Below, piece after piece: positions 29,995 to 38,176 of a stretch of DNA of 64,000 nt; within the stretch, counting starts at the first letter, position 1, and each line of letters starts with the position of its first letter. This stretch comes from Minisyncoccia bacterium (GTDB taxonomy: Bacteria > Patescibacteriota > Minisyncoccia > Phycocordibacterales > UBA9973). Location: contig JBAQNN010000002.1 in assembly GCA_049303835.1 (NCBI GenBank), positions 94,492 through 158,491 of the forward strand, in the 5' to 3' direction. The notes beneath the pieces were generated by a model. That model was not told the origin of the DNA. It saw only the letters and a list, made by a program, of their open reading frames with translations, and searched no databases. The translations under genes and the position numbers were made by a program.

Positions 29995-30980
29995 TAAAAT
30001 TCTACTCTTATTTCTTTACTTGTACCACCGAAAATTTTAAAGGTATCCTCAATCTCCAATTTTATTATAGATGTTCCCGACTGGCCCGACTGGACTGCGA
30101 GGGGCATAATATTCTTTTTATAAGCTGGCACAGCGACTTGATAATCGTTGATAAACCAATTAAATACGAGAGTCGGTATTCGTATTTCTTTAGGTGAGAT
30201 AAAATAAGGTACAGCCTCTATAATTTCATTTCCTTGTATCTTGTGTCCATCAGACAGAATCGTCTCCCAGACAGTTCCCGTAGTCGGGTTCTTTCTGTAA
30301 AATAGAATTTTTGGTTCTACTGTCCCCACAGTAATATTTGCAGCAGAAGAATATTTTTGATCTGTGGTGGAGGCCGTCACTCCTATAGTGCTAGTATCTT
30401 CCAGGTAATCATCTACATAGCTAAAAGAGTTTTTGCCATAACCGGAGGCATCTTGTTTGTTTGTATAGTCTCTCTTCCAAGCATAAACGAGGTTTTTAGA
30501 ATTTACTGTTTGGGTTCCATTTCTAATTTCTGGCATGGCCACTATTTTTATCTCGCTTCCGGTCGTCGGCATAGCCTTGCCACGATAAAAAGGTGGCACA
30601 TGAGAATCGTTTGCTTGCCAAAGGAGAGTCATAATGGATGGGCGGATCGTTATTCTCTTGTCTATAGTTCCGTCCGGTAGAGAGATAGAAGCTACGATGC
30701 TGGTCTCTTTTCCTGCCTCCGGAGCTGTAAGAGAAAAAGACTTTTTACCGATTCCAGACAAAACATTTTTCCCGTCCACAGACCATACGATGAGGACACT
30801 ATCCAGATTGCTGACATAGCTATTCAAGTTGATATTTACATTTTCATTTGGGCCAGGATTTTCCGGAGAGATGTCCACCAAGATACTACTTGAAGAAACA
30901 GCGGTTACTTCGGAAGGGAGAAAAATCCCTGTCAATAAAAGTGTTACTATTAAATATGAAAGTAAAAATCTTAATTGCAT
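29994..30980 (-). CDS. hypothetical secreted protein (signal peptide, repeated beta-rich domains)
   Basis: N-terminal signal MQLRFLLSYLIVTLLLTGIFLPSEVTA; no family recognised. Confidence 0.45.
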   Translation of the reverse strand: MQLRFLLSYLIVTLLLTGIFLPSEVTAVSSSSILVDISPENPGPNENVNINLNSYVSNLDSVLIVWSVDGKNVLSGIGKKSFSLTAPEAGKETSIVASISLPDGTIDKRITIRPSIMTLLWQANDSHVPPFYRGKAMPTTGSEIKIVAMPEIRNGTQTVNSKNLVYAWKRDYTNKQDASGYGKNSFSYVDDYLEDTSTIGVTASTTDQKYSSAANITVGTVEPKILFYRKNPTTGTVWETILSDGHKIQGNEIIEAVPYFISPKEIRIPTLVFNWFINDYQVAVPAYKKNIMPLAVQSGQSGTSIIKLEIEDTFKIFGGTSKEIRVEF

Positions 30981-31045
30981 AACTCAGCCTAATTATATCA
31001 TATCTGCTTTACAACTTTATAACTTTCAACTTTTGAACTTTATAA

Positions 31046-32893
31046 CTATTGTTTACCCTCAGTTTCCGCTCTCTCCTGCTCCTCCTTGGCTTTTCTGTTT
31101 GAAAGTATTTGGGAAGGGTCGGAAGTGATTATCTGGTCTTCAGTATAAGAAGAAATGACTTTTATGGCTACATGCTTTAGGCCGGCAAAGAATATTCCCT
31201 CCCCGAGGCCTGACTCCAAAAGCAGATATTTTTCTTCATCCGTCAGGTTGAAGGTTTTTTGTAAAATATCTATAGTGGTCGGTGATTGTTTAAGGAGAAG
31301 TTGAATAGAAGAGTTTGTAATGATGGGGACACCATAAGGAGATTTCATAAAGTCGGCGGCGTCTTGGGTGATGGTGGAAAGACCGAGATAATATTTTCTA
31401 CCTCTTTTGGCGATAGAGTATAAGAATGAAGCGGTGTCTTCAGATTTCATCATCCACCAAGCCTCATCTACTACCAAGAGGCGCTTTTTCAAATTTTTTC
31501 GTACGGTATTCCAGATATAATGCATGATGATATACATGGCGACGGGTTTTAACTCGTCTTCCATGTCGCGGACGGAAAATACTACGAATTTTTTATTGAT
31601 ATCCACATTGGACGGTCTGTTTAAGAATGTCGCCCAAGAACCCCTCGTATATTTGGCTAGTCTGGTGACGATTGAATCACTTCCATCCATCCCTCCGAGC
31701 ACCATTTCAAAATCTGACAGAAGAGGAGGTTCAATGTTTGAGAAATCAGATTCAGGAGTGATATCTTTCATCGCATAAGTTTCGGAAATAGCTCGGTCTA
31801 CCATTGAATCTTCTTCAGGGGTGAGTCCGCCTAGCATCAATCTGAAAAGCCCTACCAAGTTTATGATATTTGAACGGAGGACATCTTCGGCTGTTTCGCC
31901 TTCGTGAGGAATAGGTAAATCAAAAGGATTGATGTGGTGATCGGAAGAAAGAGAAATATTGAAATATCTTCCACCGACCGCCTCTGACAAGAACTCGTAT
32001 TCCCTTTCCGGATCTATCACTATGACATCAACATCAAACATTAAAGATCTCAAAATTTCTAGCTTAGTGGCATACGATTTTCCGGAGCCGGACTTGGCAA
32101 AGGTCACGGAGTTGTAATTCTCTAGTGAAAATCTATCAAAGATGACTAGGCTGGAATTGTGCCTGTTGATGCCGTAAAGTATTCCTTTGTTGGAAGTCAG
32201 GTCAAAAGAAATAAATGGGAATACACTACTAAGTGGTTCAGAATTCAACTTCTGATGAATACCAAGTATGTCTGTATTTATGGGTATGACGCTCTTAAAA
32301 CCGTCTTCTTGTTGGAAGAGAGCCGGTTTGATATAGATGAGTTTTGATTCAAGGATTGATTTTATCTCATTTTCTATTTTGAAAAGTTCCAACTCGTTGT
32401 CGGCATAAATGGTGATGTAAATACCCACATCAAACATTTTTTCTTGCGCTTGGATCAGATTATTGCGCAGGCCCTCTAGGTCTTGGTAGGCAGTATCAAG
32501 CATAGGGTCGCGCACCATACCCTTACTCTCTCGTACACTTATCTGACTCTGCACCTCGGCGACTTTTTTCTGAAATTGTCTCAAGACCAGAGAAGTGTCT
32601 ATCGGATGAATAAAAATTGAAATATCAAAAACTTTATCCAGATTGATTATAGGAGAGAACCAATTGTCTGTCAGAAATCTAGGATAGGAAATGATGAAAA
32701 AAGTACGAGCGATTTTATCTCCCAAGCTTATGGATTTAGACGATATTTTCAGAGCTGAAGGAGCGATGACATCTTGGAGCTCCAGGGTGGCGGATTGGTA
32801 GATTTCTTCCGGCATCACTGCCAAGACGGAAGCTCTCACTTCCTTTTCCTCCCCTCCTTTTTGTCCACCTAATAATTTTTTTAAAAAGTCCAT
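31046..32893 (-). CDS. virB4: VirB4/TraC-family type IV secretion ATPase (C-terminal 615-aa portion)
   Basis: Walker A TFAKSGSGKSY, Walker B LLVVDEAWWMM, VirB4-type N-flank ...LGDKIARTFFIISYP... Confidence 0.8.
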   Translation of the reverse strand: MDFLKKLLGGQKGGEEKEVRASVLAVMPEEIYQSATLELQDVIAPSALKISSKSISLGDKIARTFFIISYPRFLTDNWFSPIINLDKVFDISIFIHPIDTSLVLRQFQKKVAEVQSQISVRESKGMVRDPMLDTAYQDLEGLRNNLIQAQEKMFDVGIYITIYADNELELFKIENEIKSILESKLIYIKPALFQQEDGFKSVIPINTDILGIHQKLNSEPLSSVFPFISFDLTSNKGILYGINRHNSSLVIFDRFSLENYNSVTFAKSGSGKSYATKLEILRSLMFDVDVIVIDPEREYEFLSEAVGGRYFNISLSSDHHINPFDLPIPHEGETAEDVLRSNIINLVGLFRLMLGGLTPEEDSMVDRAISETYAMKDITPESDFSNIEPPLLSDFEMVLGGMDGSDSIVTRLAKYTRGSWATFLNRPSNVDINKKFVVFSVRDMEDELKPVAMYIIMHYIWNTVRKNLKKRLLVVDEAWWMMKSEDTASFLYSIAKRGRKYYLGLSTITQDAADFMKSPYGVPIITNSSIQLLLKQSPTTIDILQKTFNLTDEEKYLLLESGLGEGIFFAGLKHVAIKVISSYTEDQIITSDPSQILSNRKAKEEQERAETEGKQ

Positions 32894-32975
32894 AATTGTA
32901 TTTAGGCTTTAGCTTTTAGGCTCTAGGCTCTAGCTTTTGAGTTTGCTAATGCCTAAGGCCTAGTTGCCTAGCGCC
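32894..32975. repeat. heptamer-repeat palindromic element A ([T/C][T/C]TAGGC arrays inverted against GCCTA[A/G] arrays)
   Basis: tttaggctttagcttttaggctctaggctctagc...gcctaaggcctagttgcctagcgcc; separates the two VirB4 ORFs. Confidence 0.7.
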
Positions 32976-33614
32976 CTACTCTATTTTAATCTTACCCTCC
33001 AATTCTCCGGGGTTGAAAACTTTATAAAATACTTCCACTACTTCTTCGGTATTCAGCTGGGCCGAATTTATTCCACAACGAGACAATCCTTGCTGGATGA
33101 CAGCTACCCTCTCTTCTAGTTGAGATCTCTTCTCTTCAAAATCTATCTGTTTTGCGGCTCGCACTTCTTCTGAATTCTTTTTGGAAAATAGCTTTCCCAA
33201 TATCCCGGAATCTGATTTTAAAGTTGTACGTGAATATGGTATTACAATAAAGAAGTTTTTTGTCATGATACTGACAGATTCAGTAAAGCTTCTTATAAAC
33301 TCTATATATTCCCTAGTTTGCAACTTGATCAACGGCTCATTTTGCACTTTTACTCTGTTTTCTAAAAGGAGTAAATAAGGTCTGATGTCCAGCCTTCTGG
33401 ATTGGACTGATATCTGTACCGGAAAATCCAAGGTGTTTAAAAAATTTTGAAATTGAAGAATGGTCGCATGTTGTTCATCGGAAGATTTCAAGGATAGGTT
33501 GACCGAGTTTGCGAGTACGATGGCTCGGAGCTCACCTTCTTTTAGCACGATGATGCCATCGCGTATCTCTTTGATTGGTATAAATTCTTGTGTTGCTTTT
33601 GCTTTTAATGCCAT
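32976..33614 (-). CDS. probable VirB4 N-terminal domain encoded as a separate 212-aa ORF
   Basis: N-terminus TQEFIPIKEIRDGIIVLKEGELRAIV...SSDEQ resembles the start of Gram-positive PrgJ/TcpF-type VirB4. 212+615 aa approximates full-length VirB4. Confidence 0.45.
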   Translation of the reverse strand: MALKAKATQEFIPIKEIRDGIIVLKEGELRAIVLANSVNLSLKSSDEQHATILQFQNFLNTLDFPVQISVQSRRLDIRPYLLLLENRVKVQNEPLIKLQTREYIEFIRSFTESVSIMTKNFFIVIPYSRTTLKSDSGILGKLFSKKNSEEVRAAKQIDFEEKRSQLEERVAVIQQGLSRCGINSAQLNTEEVVEVFYKVFNPGELEGKIKIE

Positions 33615-33701
33615 AAATTTTTTCTAGGGCTTTAGGCTCTAGGCGTTAGGCTTTAGCTTTTGTTTCGCTAGAGCCTAGTGCCTAAGGCCTAGCTGCCTGC
33701 A
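33615..33701. repeat. heptamer-repeat palindromic element B (long imperfect hairpin, ~26 bp stem with G-T wobble positions)
   Basis: ctagggctttaggctctaggcgttaggctttagc-ttttgtttc-gctagagcctagtgcctaaggcctagctgcctgca; right arm overlaps last codons of the upstream gene. Confidence 0.7.
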
Positions 33702-34141
33702 TTTTTCTTTTTACTCAAATCAAGCACGTCCAAGCTCCAGGCCAAATCTCGCAACCTACTTCCATCCAATTTTGAACTGACATTTGGCAGTACTTCATTT
33801 TTATTTTCATCCATGTTTGTAGTTTGCGATTTATTATTTGCTACCCTACCGGTCTTCTTCTTCCAAATATAAAGTTTGTTTTGAGAAAAATATTTAAACC
33901 CTGCTTCAATCATGTTTATAAAAGGCTTATTGTTTGGTTTATAGAAAGTAAGAGCTAAAGAAAACCCGGCGATAATCAAAATAGGGATGGCGCTAAAGAC
34001 GAGCCCTAATAATTTATAAAGCACAAAACACAAACCTGCTCCGCCGGCCAAATAAGCAAACTCCCTAAAAGTAAAAGGGCCGAATATTTTATCTTCTATT
34101 TCTAAAAATTGTGGAACCTTGAATTGCATAAATACAGGCAC
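33689..34141 (-). CDS. VirB3/PrgI-like small T4SS membrane protein
   Basis: 150 aa; N-terminal EDKIFGPFTFREFAYLAGGAG followed by two TM helices, adjacent to VirB4. GTG start with an ATG 4 codons in. Confidence 0.45.
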   Translation of the reverse strand: MPVFMQFKVPQFLEIEDKIFGPFTFREFAYLAGGAGLCFVLYKLLGLVFSAIPILIIAGFSLALTFYKPNNKPFINMIEAGFKYFSQNKLYIWKKKTGRVANNKSQTTNMDENKNEVLPNVSSKLDGSRLRDLAWSLDVLDLSKKKNAGS

Positions 34142-34166
34142 TAGGCTTTAGGCGCTAGGCTCTAGC
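34141..34166. repeat. heptamer-repeat element C (CTAGGCT TTAGGCG CTAGGCT CTAGC), single-orientation copy
   Basis: Overlaps the stop region of the four-helix-bundle gene (encodes its C-terminal ...QLEPSA) and the start of the VirB3-like gene. Confidence 0.65.
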
Positions 34167-34507
34167 TGAGAAATTAGTTTATTCAACATTTTCATAATTT
34201 CTTCTAATAAAGAACCCACTTTATTATAATCTAATTTTGCAGTTTTGGGTAATTTTTTAGATATTATTAGCTGAGTTTCTAGCTCCGCACCAGAAGCAAA
34301 GGCAATAAGTAAGAATCTTTTGAATTCTGGAATTCCTCCTCGCATTTTCCCTTCTGCAATATTAGAAGGTATGGATACTGCCGCCCTACGAATTTGTGAG
34401 GTTAAACCATAAATTTCTTCCTTCGAAAATTTGTCTGTGAGTTCATAAACTGCTATTACAAGCTCTATCGATTTTTGCCACACGACTAAATCTCTATATG
34501 TTTTCAT
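34148..34507 (-). CDS. four-helix-bundle protein (23S rRNA intervening-sequence protein / Avd-like family, PF05635-type)
   Basis: 119 aa; YRDLVVWQKSIELVIAVYELT...FSKEEIYGLTSQIRRAAVSIPSNIAEG is the signature N-terminal block of this family. Confidence 0.7.
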   Translation of the reverse strand: MKTYRDLVVWQKSIELVIAVYELTDKFSKEEIYGLTSQIRRAAVSIPSNIAEGKMRGGIPEFKRFLLIAFASGAELETQLIISKKLPKTAKLDYNKVGSLLEEIMKMLNKLISQLEPSA

Positions 34508-34517
34508 GTGTTTTTTA

Positions 34518-34542
34518 CTAGCGCCTAATGCCTAGAGCCTAG
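34518..34542. repeat. heptamer-repeat element D (CTAGCGCCTAATGCCTAGAGCCTAG), inverted relative to element C
   Basis: Reverse complement CTAGGCTCTAGGCATTAGGCGCTAG pairs with element C across the 119-aa gene. Confidence 0.65.
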
Positions 34543-34548
34543 AAAATA

Positions 34549-35100
34549 TTACTCCGGTATCTCCCTATACGGATCAATTTTAGGAACATCTGCTCTATTT
34601 CCACTGGTCTTTTCTTCTTTAGTAATATTTTCTATTGAGTGGTCCGTCTCTACAACAGGATTTTTTACAAGGCCGGATAGTTTTTGGGCCAAAATGGGAT
34701 GTGGAGAATCTATCTCCAGTTTTTCCGGCACAATCTCAATCCCAGCGGATTTTAGTATCTCTGTGTCGTTCTCCTCTTCTTTTATCTTTGATGAATCTAT
34801 TAATTTTTCTCGGATTTCCTTCAATATTTTTTCATTAACGTCATTTACTATGGTGTGGATTTTTTCCTCCGGCAGTTTTAGACTGTTTCTGACCGACTCT
34901 TCAAATTTATCCGGATGAGTAAACCCAAACATCACCATGTGTGTCTCAAGTGACAATTGACCCATCTGTTCTACGTTTAGATTTTCTTTTTGACCTATTT
35001 CTATAATGTTATCGTCCACATTGGCCGCCATGATTGACCATTTTAGGTCTTCCGGCAAGCTCTCAAATTTTTTTTGTATTTCTTCTAATGATATTTCCAT
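34549..35100 (-). CDS. hypothetical acidic protein (183 aa)
   Basis: No recognisable family; part of the T4SS-like operon. Confidence 0.4.
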   Translation of the reverse strand: MEISLEEIQKKFESLPEDLKWSIMAANVDDNIIEIGQKENLNVEQMGQLSLETHMVMFGFTHPDKFEESVRNSLKLPEEKIHTIVNDVNEKILKEIREKLIDSSKIKEEENDTEILKSAGIEIVPEKLEIDSPHPILAQKLSGLVKNPVVETDHSIENITKEEKTSGNRADVPKIDPYREIPE

Positions 35101-35127
35101 AATATTTTTTATTAGAGCTGATAATTA

Positions 35128-38127
35128 CTAGTGTCCTCCGTGTCCCGCATCGTGTCCAGCATCATGTCCCCCACCAGAAGGCGCTTCCGGAGGATGTTCG
35201 TGTTTTGGTTCGGCAGATGCCTTTGGTGTGGCGTGTCCTCCGCCTCCCTTTCCTTCTTTCTTGTGGCCACCTTCTTTGTCGTGCTCTTCCTTATGGAACA
35301 CATCTTTATCTTTTCCTAGATCATATTTTTCTTTTTCAAGTCTCCTCATTTGATCTGGTGCGGTTTTTAGCCTATTTAATTGACCCAGTTCTGTTGTGGC
35401 TTTAAACGCAGCATTCTTTATTGCAGTCATTCTAGGATCGTTATCAGGAACGTTCTGCTTGACAAGCTCTTGAAGTTTTAAATCTTCCCTCTTCATAGTA
35501 AACGTGAGTTGGGCTATTCTCTTTTCTACCCCTTTCAGATTGACTTCATCTTTACCGTTTTTATTTTTTTCAACCAGTTTAGTGATTTCTCCCGAAATGT
35601 CGTCTTTTACCTCCATATTTTTTCCTTCTTCCATTATTGTAGTTAAATTTTCTAACGCCACAGTATTCTCTGTCAACCTGTCTTCTATCTTTTGTAGTTT
35701 TTTATGCCCTTTTTCAATATCAGTGGCGAATGATCCCTGGGCCGCTTCTCCCGTGCCTTTTACTCCCGTAGCTTCCTTGAATTTTCTGGTCACTCCAAAC
35801 GCTGCTGCTCCGGCTGTTGTGACCTTTGCCGCCGTAGCTATACCCGCTATACCCGCGATACCACCGATTCCAGCAAGTGCTGCTGCCACCCCAGCTTTCA
35901 TTACAACCTTCTGGGTTCTTCCTTTGTTTATATCGTCTATTGTGGGTTCTTTGTGTGCTTCTTTAAACATTCTCTCAAATCTTTCTTTGTCGAATCCACT
36001 TCCTTCTCTTGTTTGTGCTTCTTTTTCTGCATCCTTTTTTTCTTCAGCCCAGTTCTTATATTCTTTTGAATCTTTGTAATTGTTTTGGTCAACCATTCCA
36101 CCACTTGCTTTCAACAAAGAACGCGCGAGAGAAGCCGTTAATCCATTTTGTCCGAAGTTATTTATAAATTCTTTCATTCTGTCGTGATTGAGTTCATCCG
36201 CCGATTTGTATCCCTTTGGTCGCTCACCGTTTTTCTTCTTAAATTCTTCCTCACTAATTCCATTCTTCTTTGCTATCGCAAGATTACTGTCGTATTCATC
36301 TTGTTTTTTCTTTGACCATGCTTTTACTTCGTCACCACTCATACTTGTTTTATAGAGCTTTGATTCTTCTTCTAATTTCTTCTTTTGCTTTTCTTTTCGT
36401 CCTTGGTATCCTCCCTCATTTGCAGAACCCAAATTTATGCCGGTTCCGCTTACAAATTTCTTTCCAAGACCAGTGGCCCGAATATCGAAGGATGCCTTTG
36501 ATCCATAATCTGCTGTTTTTAGCATCTTTCTTGCTGCCCAACCAGTGAACCCCCTTTCTTTATTGTTTGCGGCGGTTTTTAGACCCTCACTGCTTGCAAC
36601 TTTACTCGATATCGCGCCTATTGCTTGTGTTGCCATAAGCGATGTACCTCCTGTAGCAGCACCCAAGGCGAGTCCCCCAATTAGTTTTGCACCAGTCATC
36701 AATTTTTCTCCCAAGGCGCCGGAACCCTTTTTGGCATATTCTGTAGCTTTGAGTAAGAGAATTAGAATTACTAAGGCAGGAATTATGATGAGCAAGATAG
36801 TTTCTATGAAGCTCGCGTTTGATTTAGAAATAATTTGGTCAAATATCTTTGCTTGAATCAGCATAAATATAAAATACATAAAGAACATGAAAATCGGCGC
36901 CATAAAAGCGGTTTTAAGCAAACGTTTGAACCAAGCATCCCAACCCAAATATTCAACACTACTTAAAATTGGAATGGTTGAAGACATAAAAGCAAAAGGA
37001 GAGAATATAATTAGAACAAAAAGTTCAATCATACGGCCCACAAAGCTGATGCCGGCAACAAAAAAACAATATGCGGCAAAAAACATGAGCACTCCAGCGA
37101 TGATTGTGATTCCAATCAACATACCCCCAGAAACTTCAGTTGAAGCTTTAACTCCTCCTATTTCTTGGGTTTTAAGTTTTGCAAAAAAATCTGGGGTTAA
37201 TAAACTAGTTGGATTGAATGCGTTTACCATACCACCAGCGACATCCTTTTCTCCATTTGCCGTGTTTTGATATTCCCGTACTTTACCATCTGCGTTTACT
37301 GTGTTGACTTCCATTTTATTGTAAAAAACCAAAGCCAAAACATTAGAAGTATCAATAATTACTTGAGTAAAGAACATAGAAAAGTTTATCAAGAGAGCAA
37401 TAACGATGACTTTCACTATCATTTTTTTTGCATCGTGTCCCGCTAAATCTAAAATTATTTTTATAGCGATAAAAAGGAGAATGAGTATAAAGAAAATATT
37501 TGAAAGATCTCGAACTACACCCCAAGCAGTAGGGATGAATGTAGAATTAGCAAACAATTTGCCACTAAGTGTGATGAATATTAAAACATTAAAAAAATAA
37601 GCTGATAACCACAACAAGAAAGAAGGAATAACATAAAAAAGACCATAAGATGCCTGCACAAAACATCCGGGATAAAAGGAAGAGTCACTTCCTCCTAGCC
37701 CGGTTACTCCAAATCCGCAAATATTTTTTCCAATTTCATTCTCAAATGCAGTTTTTGGGCTATTTGTATTTTGTACATCTGTTCCATCTGCCGCTGCATC
37801 AGATGCTTTTGGTCTCCACTGCCCCCCTCCAGCTTCACAAACACTTTTTGTCTTTTCAGTTACTACACTATTTGTGGTACAAATTCCGGTTACTTCGTCT
37901 TTATTGTCTGGAACCCATCTTTTAGTAAAACCCTCAAGTAGTTCAAGATCCGTACATTTTTGTTGTGTTTCAAACTTTTCTCTTCGTATTATATCGCCAT
38001 TCCTATTTGAAACTTCACAGGTTCCTGTTCCTGTTTGTGCCTCTACTTTCTCAGCCATCCCAAATACCCCGCCCAGTACGATGAGTATCAATAAATATGG
38101 TATTATTTTTTTTACTCTATTTTTCAT
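35128..38127 (-). CDS. VirB6/TrbL-like polytopic membrane protein with Cys-rich N-terminal ectodomain and long C-terminal coiled-coil/low-complexity tail ending in Gly/His repeats
   Basis: Signal/TM, then 6-7 TM helices in the middle, charged coiled-coil C-half, tail GGGGHATPK...GHDAGHDAGHGGH. Architecture of Gram-positive VirB6 analogues. Confidence 0.45.
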   Translation of the reverse strand: MKNRVKKIIPYLLILIVLGGVFGMAEKVEAQTGTGTCEVSNRNGDIIRREKFETQQKCTDLELLEGFTKRWVPDNKDEVTGICTTNSVVTEKTKSVCEAGGGQWRPKASDAAADGTDVQNTNSPKTAFENEIGKNICGFGVTGLGGSDSSFYPGCFVQASYGLFYVIPSFLLWLSAYFFNVLIFITLSGKLFANSTFIPTAWGVVRDLSNIFFILILLFIAIKIILDLAGHDAKKMIVKVIVIALLINFSMFFTQVIIDTSNVLALVFYNKMEVNTVNADGKVREYQNTANGEKDVAGGMVNAFNPTSLLTPDFFAKLKTQEIGGVKASTEVSGGMLIGITIIAGVLMFFAAYCFFVAGISFVGRMIELFVLIIFSPFAFMSSTIPILSSVEYLGWDAWFKRLLKTAFMAPIFMFFMYFIFMLIQAKIFDQIISKSNASFIETILLIIIPALVILILLLKATEYAKKGSGALGEKLMTGAKLIGGLALGAATGGTSLMATQAIGAISSKVASSEGLKTAANNKERGFTGWAARKMLKTADYGSKASFDIRATGLGKKFVSGTGINLGSANEGGYQGRKEKQKKKLEEESKLYKTSMSGDEVKAWSKKKQDEYDSNLAIAKKNGISEEEFKKKNGERPKGYKSADELNHDRMKEFINNFGQNGLTASLARSLLKASGGMVDQNNYKDSKEYKNWAEEKKDAEKEAQTREGSGFDKERFERMFKEAHKEPTIDDINKGRTQKVVMKAGVAAALAGIGGIAGIAGIATAAKVTTAGAAAFGVTRKFKEATGVKGTGEAAQGSFATDIEKGHKKLQKIEDRLTENTVALENLTTIMEEGKNMEVKDDISGEITKLVEKNKNGKDEVNLKGVEKRIAQLTFTMKREDLKLQELVKQNVPDNDPRMTAIKNAAFKATTELGQLNRLKTAPDQMRRLEKEKYDLGKDKDVFHKEEHDKEGGHKKEGKGGGGHATPKASAEPKHEHPPEAPSGGGHDAGHDAGHGGH

Positions 38128-38176
38128 CTCTTTTACTATTCCAGCAACCTCTTAACTTAAAAAACCTTAAACATAT

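Noticed and set aside
34148-34507. Diversity-generating retroelement around the Avd-like four-helix-bundle gene
   Set aside because: No reverse transcriptase ORF and no template/variable repeat pair were found in the window.
32894-34542. Heptamer repeat arrays as a CRISPR array
   Set aside because: Units are 7 bp, contiguous and degenerate with no unique spacers, and form palindromes; there are no cas genes.
35131-38155. Multiple + strand ORFs (35131..35319, 35504..36079, 36887..37270, etc.)
   Set aside because: All lie antisense within the 999-aa VirB6-like gene and translate to low-complexity Ser/Phe/Leu-rich strings.
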